From NCBI GenBank assembly GCA_963716395.1, contig OY970309.1, positions 448,001 to 512,000 on the forward strand: a DNA stretch of 64,000 nt. Direction: 5' to 3'. Positions 28,139 through 37,955 of this stretch are shown here, piece after piece; the stretch's first letter is position 1, and every line of letters starts with the position of its first letter. The translations under genes were made by a program, and so were the position numbers. The stretch comes from an uncultured Fibrobacteria bacterium (GTDB taxonomy: Bacteria > Fibrobacterota > Fibrobacteria > UBA11236). The notes below the pieces were generated by a model. It saw nothing but the letters and a program-made list of their open reading frames with translations. It was not told the origin of the DNA and made no database searches.

Positions 28139-29326
28139 TCACCGGACCACCCGGGCCGGCTTCAGGGCGGGAGTGCGCAGCGAATCCAGCACGGTCCATT
28201 CCAAGCCCAGGGCGTCGAAGCGGTCTTCGTATTTGAGCCGCACCCGCTCCAAAGCTTCGGCGAGACCCGGCGTATAGGACAAGGCCCAAATACCGTCGCC
28301 GGTTTTCTGGGCCAACCCGCAGCGGCGCGCCAACTCCTCGTCGAAGGCGTCGTCACCTTCGGGAGCGGCCACCCGCGCCGCATAGACCATGGCACCCGTG
28401 GGCAGCGACAGGGGCCCGGCCAAACTGCGCGGCGAAGCCGTCAGGTCGAGAAACACGAGATGCCGGTGCGCCGTATATTCCAACAGGCTCAGCATCAAGG
28501 GACGGTTTTCAATCGCGCGATCGCCTAGGCGCGTGGCGAATCCCCGGCTTCGCGGAGAGGCCCGCATTTTGGCATCGAGCACCCGATTCACTTCGGACCG
28601 GGAATAATGGATGTACAGCGCGCCCGGACCGGGTTTGACATAGGGGTAGGCCGAAGGCTCCATGGGCAATCGCGTCAGCAATTCCTTGTCCTCGGGCAGG
28701 GGCGTCCACACCCGCGGCGAAACGCCGGAAGATTCGGCGTTCACCACCAGGGTCAGCGGAAAAGGGCACGCCAACAAACGGCGGGCCGCATCGGCAGAAA
28801 CCGTATCCAGCCCCATTACCACCACGGCCAGGCGCACCGCGCCGCGCAAGGCGGGAGTTGCCAAGGCCGCGCGCAAGGTGAGCACGGGCCCCGAAGCCGC
28901 CTGCAGATGGTATTCGACGCGGCGGCCCGGCGGATCCAGTTCGCGGCCGTCGCGCACCCGGATTCCCGCCTGCCCGCACAAGGTTTCCAGGTCATAGGCG
29001 TATTCATGAATGGGCTTACCGCGCGGCAGCAGGGCTTCGAGGTAACCGGAATGTTTCACCAGATGGGTCGGATCGAGTCCGTACAGGGCGAACCAGGGGC
29101 GCAGCAGCGCGTCGGCAAAGGGGGCGTAGGCGCTTTCGCGGTACAGCCACGGATCGCGCTTGCGCCAGTCGCCGCGGCCCGCGGTATCGGGCGTCCGGTT
29201 CAAGCTGGCATCTTCCCCGGCGGCCACGGATCGGTGGCGCGGAAAGAAACGGCCTGCCAACAGACCTGCACCGATCAGGGCCGAAGTGATGACGAGAAAA
29301 ATTCCGAAGCGCCGGAACCAAAGCAT
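28139..29326 (-). CDS. Divergent polysaccharide deacetylase family protein (YibQ-like)
   Basis: N-terminal TM anchor; LAVVV, PFPLT, LPMEP, PGPGAL, FLD motifs; several usual Asp/His residues look replaced. Confidence 0.7.
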   Translation of the reverse strand: MLWFRRFGIFLVITSALIGAGLLAGRFFPRHRSVAAGEDASLNRTPDTAGRGDWRKRDPWLYRESAYAPFADALLRPWFALYGLDPTHLVKHSGYLEALLPRGKPIHEYAYDLETLCGQAGIRVRDGRELDPPGRRVEYHLQAASGPVLTLRAALATPALRGAVRLAVVVMGLDTVSADAARRLLACPFPLTLVVNAESSGVSPRVWTPLPEDKELLTRLPMEPSAYPYVKPGPGALYIHYSRSEVNRVLDAKMRASPRSRGFATRLGDRAIENRPLMLSLLEYTAHRHLVFLDLTASPRSLAGPLSLPTGAMVYAARVAAPEGDDAFDEELARRCGLAQKTGDGIWALSYTPGLAEALERVRLKYEDRFDALGLEWTVLDSLRTPALKPARVVR

Positions 29327-29372
29327 GCGGAGCCTGGAAAGTAGCAACTCGCCGGCTTTTACCTTTTGACGC

Positions 29373-30341
29373 ATGGGCATTCGGGCCGTACTTGGCGGAC
29401 CCACGGCGGCGGGCAAAACCGCTTTGGCCGTGCGTTGGGCCGCCGCGCGCAAATGGGAAATCATCGCGGCCGATTCGCGCCAGATCTACCGCGGCTTTGC
29501 CGTGGGAACCGGCGCACCGACACCGGCGGAAATGGGCGGGGTCAAGCATCACCTCGTGGGCTCGGCCGATCCGCGCGCGGCTTTTTCGCCCAAGCGCTAC
29601 CGCGAGGCGGTGGAGGAATTGTTGCGCGCGCAACCCGGGCAGAATTTTCTCGTGGTCGGCGGAAGCGGATTGTATCTGAAAGAGCTGCTTTACCCGGCCG
29701 CCGCGGATCGGGGCGAAACTCCCGAGGCCATCCGCCGCGAAGCCGCGGCCGCTGTGGAAAGCCGCGGACTGGCAGCCGTGCATGCGGAGTTGACGCGCCG
29801 CGATCCGGAAGGCATGCGTCGCGTGCACGTGCGCGATCGCTACCGGCTGCAGAAACGCCTGGAAAATTGGTTAATCACCGGGAGATCCTACGAAGAATTT
29901 CGTTCGGGGTCACGGCGCGATCCCCGCTTCGCCGACACGCCCTTGCTGTGGCTTTTGCCGCCGCGCGCCTGGCTGCATCAGCGCATCGCCGCCCGCATCC
30001 ACAGCATGGCGGCGACGGGATGGCTGAAAGAAGTGCGTGCCTTGCTGCGGGTCTACGACCCCGAAGTCACGCCCGCCTTCAATGCCGTGGGCTATCGCGA
30101 AATGGCGGCGGTGGCGCAAGGCCGCGCCGACCTGGAGTCGACCTTGCAGGCCATCTTGGTAAAGACGCGTCAATACGCCCGCCGGCAAATCACTTTTTTC
30201 AAAAATCAATTTCCCGATGCCGTCGCCTTTGATCCCGAGGTTTTATCGGCGGACCTGGAAGCGGCCGAATGGGATTTTGATCGCATACAGGCGAATCCGG
30301 CCGGGACGCATTTGATTGACAAAGGGGTAAGCGGAGCCTAG
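29373..30341 (+). CDS. miaA: tRNA dimethylallyltransferase
   Basis: GPTAAGKT, DSRQIYR, HHL, VGGSGLY, AVGYRE, TRQYARRQ. Confidence 0.95.
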   Translation: MGIRAVLGGPTAAGKTALAVRWAAARKWEIIAADSRQIYRGFAVGTGAPTPAEMGGVKHHLVGSADPRAAFSPKRYREAVEELLRAQPGQNFLVVGGSGLYLKELLYPAAADRGETPEAIRREAAAAVESRGLAAVHAELTRRDPEGMRRVHVRDRYRLQKRLENWLITGRSYEEFRSGSRRDPRFADTPLLWLLPPRAWLHQRIAARIHSMAATGWLKEVRALLRVYDPEVTPAFNAVGYREMAAVAQGRADLESTLQAILVKTRQYARRQITFFKNQFPDAVAFDPEVLSADLEAAEWDFDRIQANPAGTHLIDKGVSGA

Positions 30342-30344
30342 ATT
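30316..30344 (+). promoter_or_regulatory. Sigma-70 promoter for tRNA-Ile
   Basis: TTGACA (30316-21), 17 bp, TAGATT (30339-44); the -10 overlaps the miaA TAG stop. Confidence 0.75.
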
Positions 30345-30395
30345 CAGTGCCCTGTTTCCAGGCTTTCCGGCGGCGGAAAACCGGCAAAACCCCTT

Positions 30396-30472
30396 GGGTC
30401 TGTAGCTCAGTTGGTTAGAGCATCGCTCTGATAAGGCGGGGGTCGGAAGTTCAAGTCTTCCCAGGCCCACCA
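30396..30472 (+). tRNA. tRNA-Ile(GAT)
   Basis: Acceptor GGGTCTG/CAGGCCC, D arm GCTCAGTTGGTTAGAGC, anticodon loop CTGATAA, T arm GGAAGTTCAAGTCTTCC, encoded CCA. Confidence 0.97.
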
Positions 30473-30477
30473 TCTTC

Positions 30478-30520
30478 TTCACTTTTGTTTTTCACTTTTG
30501 TTTTTCGCTTTCTTTTGCGT
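30478..30520 (+). repeat. Short T-rich tandem repeat after the tRNA
   Basis: TTCACTTTTGTTT twice plus a degenerate third copy. Confidence 0.55.
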
Positions 30521-30601
30521 TCGGGCCAGCTTTGCGGCGTATTGCCTCATCGTCTCACCCTATCCTGAATCCGCCTCTTGTTTGAGCTTATCGTGAGGCG
30601 T

Positions 30602-32374
30602 TCAGAGCAGCGATTGGATGAAAGTATGGGCTCCGACGCGAAACATGTAAATACCCACGGGAGTGCCCGGCGGTAACGCATAAGCGCCCACTCCCAAGGC
30701 CTGCAACGCATGTGATTGCCCCTGGATATTCCACATGGTGGCTCCGCTTCCCCAATCGACGGGAACGAACAGAGTGTGGTTGCGCAGAACCGGCTCGGCC
30801 AGGTGGAGCTGCCCGGATTGCCGGACCGAATTGACGATGTTTTGGCTGTCGACCACGGCCAGCGTCCGGTAATTTTTAATCCATTCACCAAGCACTTTCA
30901 AAGCCGCGGTATCGGGTATATAGGTGGCGAATGGGGGCATTTGCTCGCCCGTCCAGTTGTACAAATTGTAAGACCCGTCGGCGGGCGTCATGAAGGAATT
31001 GATATCAACCTGGTGCTGGTTCAAAAGATCGAACCACGCCTGGGAACCCCAGGGCTGGGAAAAAATCCAAGACCGCTGTTGCACGGCCGCGGAGTCGCCT
31101 TGAAACAGACTGTCTTTTAAAACGTTGGCTACGGCCGCGGAATCGGTCCAAGCCGAATTGCGGGACCATTGCCGGTAGAGAATTTCAGAACGGGACGGAA
31201 ATCCCGGATAGATCAAAACTTCACTGGTGTCCGCACCGACCGGGAGAGCCATGTCGTAGGTTTGCCCGGAGTCGGTGTCGATCCCCCATTGGGCCAAGGC
31301 CATGCGGTAATAATTCCGCCCCTGCGGGAGCTGATACGGCCACGTCGTATCGGAAGCCGCGTCGGATAACCCGACGGGAAGAACGTGGTGCATTCCCAGT
31401 TCCATTTGCGGTTTCAGGTTGTAGTAGTCATAAATCAGGTAAACCTGGGCTTCAGCCCCGACGGCGTCGCCGCGATGGCCATGGCATCCCGAGCAATTGG
31501 CCCCCAGATAGGAGCGCGCCATGGTGTCGATGGTTTTAAAACGGTCGAGCGGACTCAAATCGCCGGCGATGGGCTGATAGACGCTTTTATAACACCGGGC
31601 CAAAACGAGCGAATCCGGCGGAGTTCCGGAAAACACACCGCGGTTAAAGAGATCGAGGACCTGGTTGAGATTGGCGGTCAAGCTCGAAGGACGCTTCAAT
31701 TGCGCGGGATAAAACCCCAGCACCGAGCGCGCATAATACGGCGCGGTATCCGAAAAGCCGAGGTTGGTGTAACCGATACGATGGCAGATAAAGCATTCCT
31801 GCTGCGAGGGAAAGTGCCATTTCTTATAGGTCTGCCGGTTTTGCGACGTGGTGTATTGAAAAACCGTGTCGAATCCGTTTTGAATCGAGACGAGATTGGC
31901 GTCGGATTGATCGGCGTTCCACCGGTAGGAAATTCCGTACCAATTTTTGTGGTTGATGGTGGTGTCGTTCTTTTTGATGAAAAAGCGGGTCTCCCAATAA
32001 ACGCGCGAAACGCCGGGCGTGGAGTCGCCTTGAATCTTGTCGAGTTTGAAGGTTTTCATGAATACCGTGCTGTCGGGATAGTCGAAAAAATCCGTGGTGT
32101 CGTTGTACGGGATATGTTTTCCCGGCGGCAGGATCACCCAACGACTTTTCGCGGCCTCGTCGGACCACAGCGGCACGTTGACTTCGTAATACTTGGCTGC
32201 GGTGTCGACGACCTTGGTCACGGTATTGTTATAGGCTCCGGTCTGCGACAATAGCTTGGGCACGGCGGCGGTGTCGGTGGGATCGAAATAATGGAACGGC
32301 AGACCCAAACACAAAGCCGGGAGCAACAAAATCACCGCCTCCAAGCGCAGCGTCGTTTTGGCGATCAAAGGCAT
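30602..32374 (-). CDS. Secreted dihaem c-type protein (SO2930/HNE_0200-like) with C-terminal sorting-like domain
   Basis: LLSQTG, Y..NVPLWSD.A.KSRW, KTF, ETR, SYRWNADQSDA, CFICH, ARSYL.ANCSGCH, QMPP; tail WNIQGQ..LPPGTPVGIYMFRV. Confidence 0.7.
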   Translation of the reverse strand: MPLIAKTTLRLEAVILLLPALCLGLPFHYFDPTDTAAVPKLLSQTGAYNNTVTKVVDTAAKYYEVNVPLWSDEAAKSRWVILPPGKHIPYNDTTDFFDYPDSTVFMKTFKLDKIQGDSTPGVSRVYWETRFFIKKNDTTINHKNWYGISYRWNADQSDANLVSIQNGFDTVFQYTTSQNRQTYKKWHFPSQQECFICHRIGYTNLGFSDTAPYYARSVLGFYPAQLKRPSSLTANLNQVLDLFNRGVFSGTPPDSLVLARCYKSVYQPIAGDLSPLDRFKTIDTMARSYLGANCSGCHGHRGDAVGAEAQVYLIYDYYNLKPQMELGMHHVLPVGLSDAASDTTWPYQLPQGRNYYRMALAQWGIDTDSGQTYDMALPVGADTSEVLIYPGFPSRSEILYRQWSRNSAWTDSAAVANVLKDSLFQGDSAAVQQRSWIFSQPWGSQAWFDLLNQHQVDINSFMTPADGSYNLYNWTGEQMPPFATYIPDTAALKVLGEWIKNYRTLAVVDSQNIVNSVRQSGQLHLAEPVLRNHTLFVPVDWGSGATMWNIQGQSHALQALGVGAYALPPGTPVGIYMFRVGAHTFIQSLL

Positions 32375-32380
32375 GCATCC

Positions 32381-33625
32381 TTATGGTAACGCGATGACCC
32401 GGCTTTGCCGGGCATTTTCATCTTTGATGTTCAACAGATAGATTCCCGCCGGCACGCCGAATCCGGAAAAGTCCAGCGCGTAGTCCCCGGATTCCCGAAA
32501 CGCATCCAGCAACCGGCGCTGCAAGCGCCCATCGAGTCCGAACAAGGCCGCCGTGACATGCGCCGGTTTGGCCAGGGAATAATGGAAAATTTCATGCGTG
32601 ATTGAAAATGACGCCGAAGCCGGCCCGCTCGGTTGTAACACCGGAACGGTTCCCCCCGCGATTCTCAAGATGGTATCGGAGTCGCCGACAATCAATCCCG
32701 TGCGCGCATCGAGCAACGACATCGCGCGCAGAGTATGCGTGGTAAGACCCGGTTGCAAAACCCAATGCAAACCGCCGTCGAGGGTTTTCAGGATGACACC
32801 CGAATCTCCCGCGGCCCAGCCGGCACTCGTGCCCTGGAAGCAGATCGCATGCAAATCGGCGGCCGTGCCGGTAACCTGCGGAACCCAGTCGGTTCCGCCA
32901 TCGGTGGTGTACAGGATGAGACCCGAATCCCCCGCAACCCAACCCGTATCCCAATTTCCAAAGCTGACGGAATTCAAGGTAGGCGTAACTCCGACCGCCA
33001 ACGAATTCCAATTGGTTCCGCCGTCGGTGGTTTTGAGAATGAGTCCGGCCGGCGCCTGGAAATGCCCCAAATCAATGGCGATATAGCGAGTTCCCACCGC
33101 GTAACCCGTGTCGGCGTCGGTGAACTGGAGGCCATACACAACGTAACCGCTGTCGCAGCAGTTGACCTGGCTGGGCGCACCCCAATCGGCGCCCCCGTCG
33201 GTGCTTTTCAGCATGGCGTTGTTTCCCGCGATGAAACCCGTATCGGCGTTCCCAAAAAATACCGCGTAGTTAAAATCCGAGCCGGCGGGTGACACCGCCG
33301 TCCACGTGGCGCCGCCATTCGTGGTTTTATACACCGGATCCCAGCCTACCGCCCAGCCCGTATCCGCATTGATGAAATACAATCCGTTGACCGAATGCTG
33401 CGCGTCGATGGTTTGGAAAGACCAGGTCAGGCCGCCGTTTTCCGACTTGAGCATATCGGTACCGGCGGAAGGGCCGTTCACGCCGGTGCCGCCTCCGATA
33501 TAGCCGGTATTGCTGTCCACCAAAAAAACCGAAAGATGATATTGGGCGCAGACCGGGATCGCCAGTAGAATTCCCACCCGCAGGGCTGTTCCCCACCGGG
33601 CGCCGATGGACTTGGTGGACGGCAT
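32381..33625 (-). CDS. YCF48/BNR (Asp-box) beta-propeller protein with C-terminal sorting-like domain
   Basis: Six (S/T)xDGGxxW-type repeats alternating with F...DTG(W/F/Y); tail LFGLDGR...PAGIYLLNI. Confidence 0.8.
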   Translation of the reverse strand: MPSTKSIGARWGTALRVGILLAIPVCAQYHLSVFLVDSNTGYIGGGTGVNGPSAGTDMLKSENGGLTWSFQTIDAQHSVNGLYFINADTGWAVGWDPVYKTTNGGATWTAVSPAGSDFNYAVFFGNADTGFIAGNNAMLKSTDGGADWGAPSQVNCCDSGYVVYGLQFTDADTGYAVGTRYIAIDLGHFQAPAGLILKTTDGGTNWNSLAVGVTPTLNSVSFGNWDTGWVAGDSGLILYTTDGGTDWVPQVTGTAADLHAICFQGTSAGWAAGDSGVILKTLDGGLHWVLQPGLTTHTLRAMSLLDARTGLIVGDSDTILRIAGGTVPVLQPSGPASASFSITHEIFHYSLAKPAHVTAALFGLDGRLQRRLLDAFRESGDYALDFSGFGVPAGIYLLNIKDENARQSRVIALP

Positions 33626-33857
33626 GATCAACCCCCAAAAACAGGCGCCGGGGCGACGCCCATAAGGTATTCGCCGCTGCCCGCAACAAATTTAACGCCA
33701 CCATCCCCGTTCCGCTCAGCGCCGCAGGTAGGGACCGCTTTCACGGCGCATTCCCGGGTTGTTAACTTCCGGAAAATTACGCCGGCGCGCCGTATTTATT
33801 GAACCTTGGGGTGAATTGACGCGCAGCAAACCGAGCCGTCTTTGATTGCGGGGGAGC

Positions 33858-34772
33858 ATGCCCGAATATCCCGATCTTACGATTTACGTCGAAGCGCTGG
33901 CTGAAAGGGTGGTCGGAGAGGTTCTGCAATCCGTGCGCTTGCAGAATCCATTTTTGCTGCGTACCGTATCGCCGGCCTTGGACGACTTGCGCGGTCTCAA
34001 GGTCGAGAAAGTCTCTCGCCGCGGCAAACGCCTTGTCTTGGCTTTTAAACACGATCTGTTTTTGCTGCTGCATTTGATGATCGCCGGACGGCTGCATTGG
34101 AAAAGTCCGAACGCCGCCATCCCCAAATCCAACGGCCTGCTGGCGCTGGACTTTCCCTCGGGAACCTTGCTCCTCACCGAAAGCGGCAGCAAGCGACGCG
34201 CCTCGTTGCACGTGGTGCAGGGCCGAACCCAAATCGAGTCGCAATTTCCGGTCGGCCTCGAAGTGATGCAAGCCTCGCCCGCTCAATTCGCGTCGGTACT
34301 GCGCCGCGAAAACCACACGCTCAAACGGGCGCTCACCGATCCTCATTTGTTCAGTGGCCTCGGCAACGCTTACTCCGATGAGATTCTGCATCGGGCCCGG
34401 CTTTCGCCCGTGCTCTTGACCGGCAAAATAACCGACGAGCAAATCGGTCGTTTATTTCCGGCCACGCGCGCCGTGCTGAAAGAGTGGACGGACCGATTGC
34501 GCCGGGAAACGGCCGGCCGATTTCCGGAAAAGGTCACGGCCTTCCATGCCGAAATGGCCGTGCATGGCCGCTTCGGAATGACTTGCCCGGTTTGCGGTAC
34601 GCCGATACAGCGCATTCGCCGGGCCGAAAACGAGATCAATTATTGCCCCGCCTGCCAAACCGGCGGCCGCCTGTTGGCCGACCGCGCCCTATCCGCTTTG
34701 CTTAAAAAGGATTGGCCGCGAAGTTTAGAAGAAATGGACGCGCTGAAAGCGCGGGTACAGGCCCAAACCTGA
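33858..34772 (+). CDS. Fpg/Nei family DNA glycosylase
   Basis: MPEYPD, RRGK, HLMIAG, GLGNAYSDE (H2TH), CPVC...CPACQ zinc finger. Confidence 0.92.
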   Translation: MPEYPDLTIYVEALAERVVGEVLQSVRLQNPFLLRTVSPALDDLRGLKVEKVSRRGKRLVLAFKHDLFLLLHLMIAGRLHWKSPNAAIPKSNGLLALDFPSGTLLLTESGSKRRASLHVVQGRTQIESQFPVGLEVMQASPAQFASVLRRENHTLKRALTDPHLFSGLGNAYSDEILHRARLSPVLLTGKITDEQIGRLFPATRAVLKEWTDRLRRETAGRFPEKVTAFHAEMAVHGRFGMTCPVCGTPIQRIRRAENEINYCPACQTGGRLLADRALSALLKKDWPRSLEEMDALKARVQAQT

Positions 34773-34858
34773 AGGGCATGGGCCATGGCTGGCGTGGAAA
34801 GGTCGCCGAACGCATCACCCATCTGCTGTCGGGCGGATGGTAATCCGCCTAATCCGTC

Positions 34859-35596
34859 TCAACGCGGAGCGTTCATGCGATTGAAAATCTGATCCAATTG
34901 CTCGCGGGTGGCGCGGCCGGTCTCGGCCGCAAATCCGTAGGCCGCTTCGAGGCTTCCGGCTTGTAACTGCGCCCAGACCGCGTTTGCAAATTCGTCGCGC
35001 GACACACCGTGGGTGTGCAATCCCGCGCCGCCCAAATCGGTGTCGACCGCGGGTGGAAGAATTTCGATCACCTCCACCGAGGTGCCCGCCAACTGGCGGC
35101 GTAAAGAAAGCGTGAACGAATGCAAAGCGGCTTTGGTGGAGCAATACACGGGCACGTTGACCAACGGCACAAAAGCCAATCCCGACGTAACGTTGACGAC
35201 GGCCGCCGCGCTCCGCTTCAGAAGATGGGGCAAGAGCAAAACCGACAGATGCAGGGGAGCGTCGAGGTTGATGGCCAACTCTTCGCGCATCTTCGGCCAT
35301 GGAGGCTGGGCCGCCAATTGCAGCCGCTGCTGAACGCCGGCATTGTTGACGAGCACATTGAGATCCGGAAATTTCTCCACCGCCCAGGCGGCCAGAGCTT
35401 CGCGCCCGGCCTCCGAAGCCAGATCGCAGACGCGGGTGTGCAGGGCCGGGTGCTGGGCTTTGGCTTCGTCCAGCTTGTTTTCGCGGCGCCCGCAAATGAT
35501 GACGGTATTGTTCGCGGCCAAGAAGCGCTCGGCCAGCGTCAGGCCGATACCCGAAGCACCTCCGGTGATAAGTACGGTGTTGGATTCGAGTTTCAT
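34859..35596 (-). CDS. SDR oxidoreductase (DltE-like)
   Basis: TGGASGIG, NNAG, NVTSGLAF, YCSTK; GGAGAG RBS. Confidence 0.9.
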   Translation of the reverse strand: MKLESNTVLITGGASGIGLTLAERFLAANNTVIICGRRENKLDEAKAQHPALHTRVCDLASEAGREALAAWAVEKFPDLNVLVNNAGVQQRLQLAAQPPWPKMREELAINLDAPLHLSVLLLPHLLKRSAAAVVNVTSGLAFVPLVNVPVYCSTKAALHSFTLSLRRQLAGTSVEVIEILPPAVDTDLGGAGLHTHGVSRDEFANAVWAQLQAGSLEAAYGFAAETGRATREQLDQIFNRMNAPR

Positions 35597-35705
35597 GGCG
35601 GATTCTCTCCAATTGATGATAAGCATGAGATCTACAAGGATTCGCGCAGGCGGGCTTTCGTTCCAGGATGCACTCCGTTCGGCTCAGTGCAAACGGTGGA
35701 CGGGA

Positions 35706-36089
35706 TCATTCCTCCGCGGGCGCGTCTCCGATCAGCATTGCCTTCACATGATGCAAGAGGGCTTGGCGTTTGAAGGGTTTGAGTATGAATCCCATTTTGG
35801 GATCGTCCAGTTCCCGGCGAAGAAGATTGTCGTCGGTGAAAGCCGACATATAAAGCACTTTGATTTTCGGCCGCATGCGGCGGACGACATGGGCCAGATC
35901 ATACCCGTCTTGGCCGCTTTGCATGCGGATATCGGTCAATAACAAGTCAATGCTATCTGGGTTTATCTCGGCCAACTCCAACGCCTCTTCGGCGCAATGG
36001 GCGCGCAGAACGTGGTAACCGGCAGCCTGCAGGATGATCTCGATCAACCGTAGGATGTCTTCTTCGTCGTCAACGACCAGAATCGTCAT
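35706..36089 (-). CDS. Single-domain response regulator
   Basis: ILVVDD, LLLTD, YMS, LKPF. Confidence 0.9.
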   Translation of the reverse strand: MTILVVDDEEDILRLIEIILQAAGYHVLRAHCAEEALELAEINPDSIDLLLTDIRMQSGQDGYDLAHVVRRMRPKIKVLYMSAFTDDNLLRRELDDPKMGFILKPFKRQALLHHVKAMLIGDAPAEE

Positions 36090-36116
36090 ACGCGCCCATC
36101 CCGGGTCGGTCCGCCC

Positions 36117-37940
<1,824 letters not shown>

Positions 37941-37955
37941 AGCGGACCGTCCGCC

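Noticed and set aside
30243-30482. 79-aa minus-strand ORF
   Set aside because: Antisense translation of the tRNA gene.
30396-36000. Island integrated at tRNA-Ile
   Set aside because: No integrase and no duplicated tRNA 3' end seen in the window.
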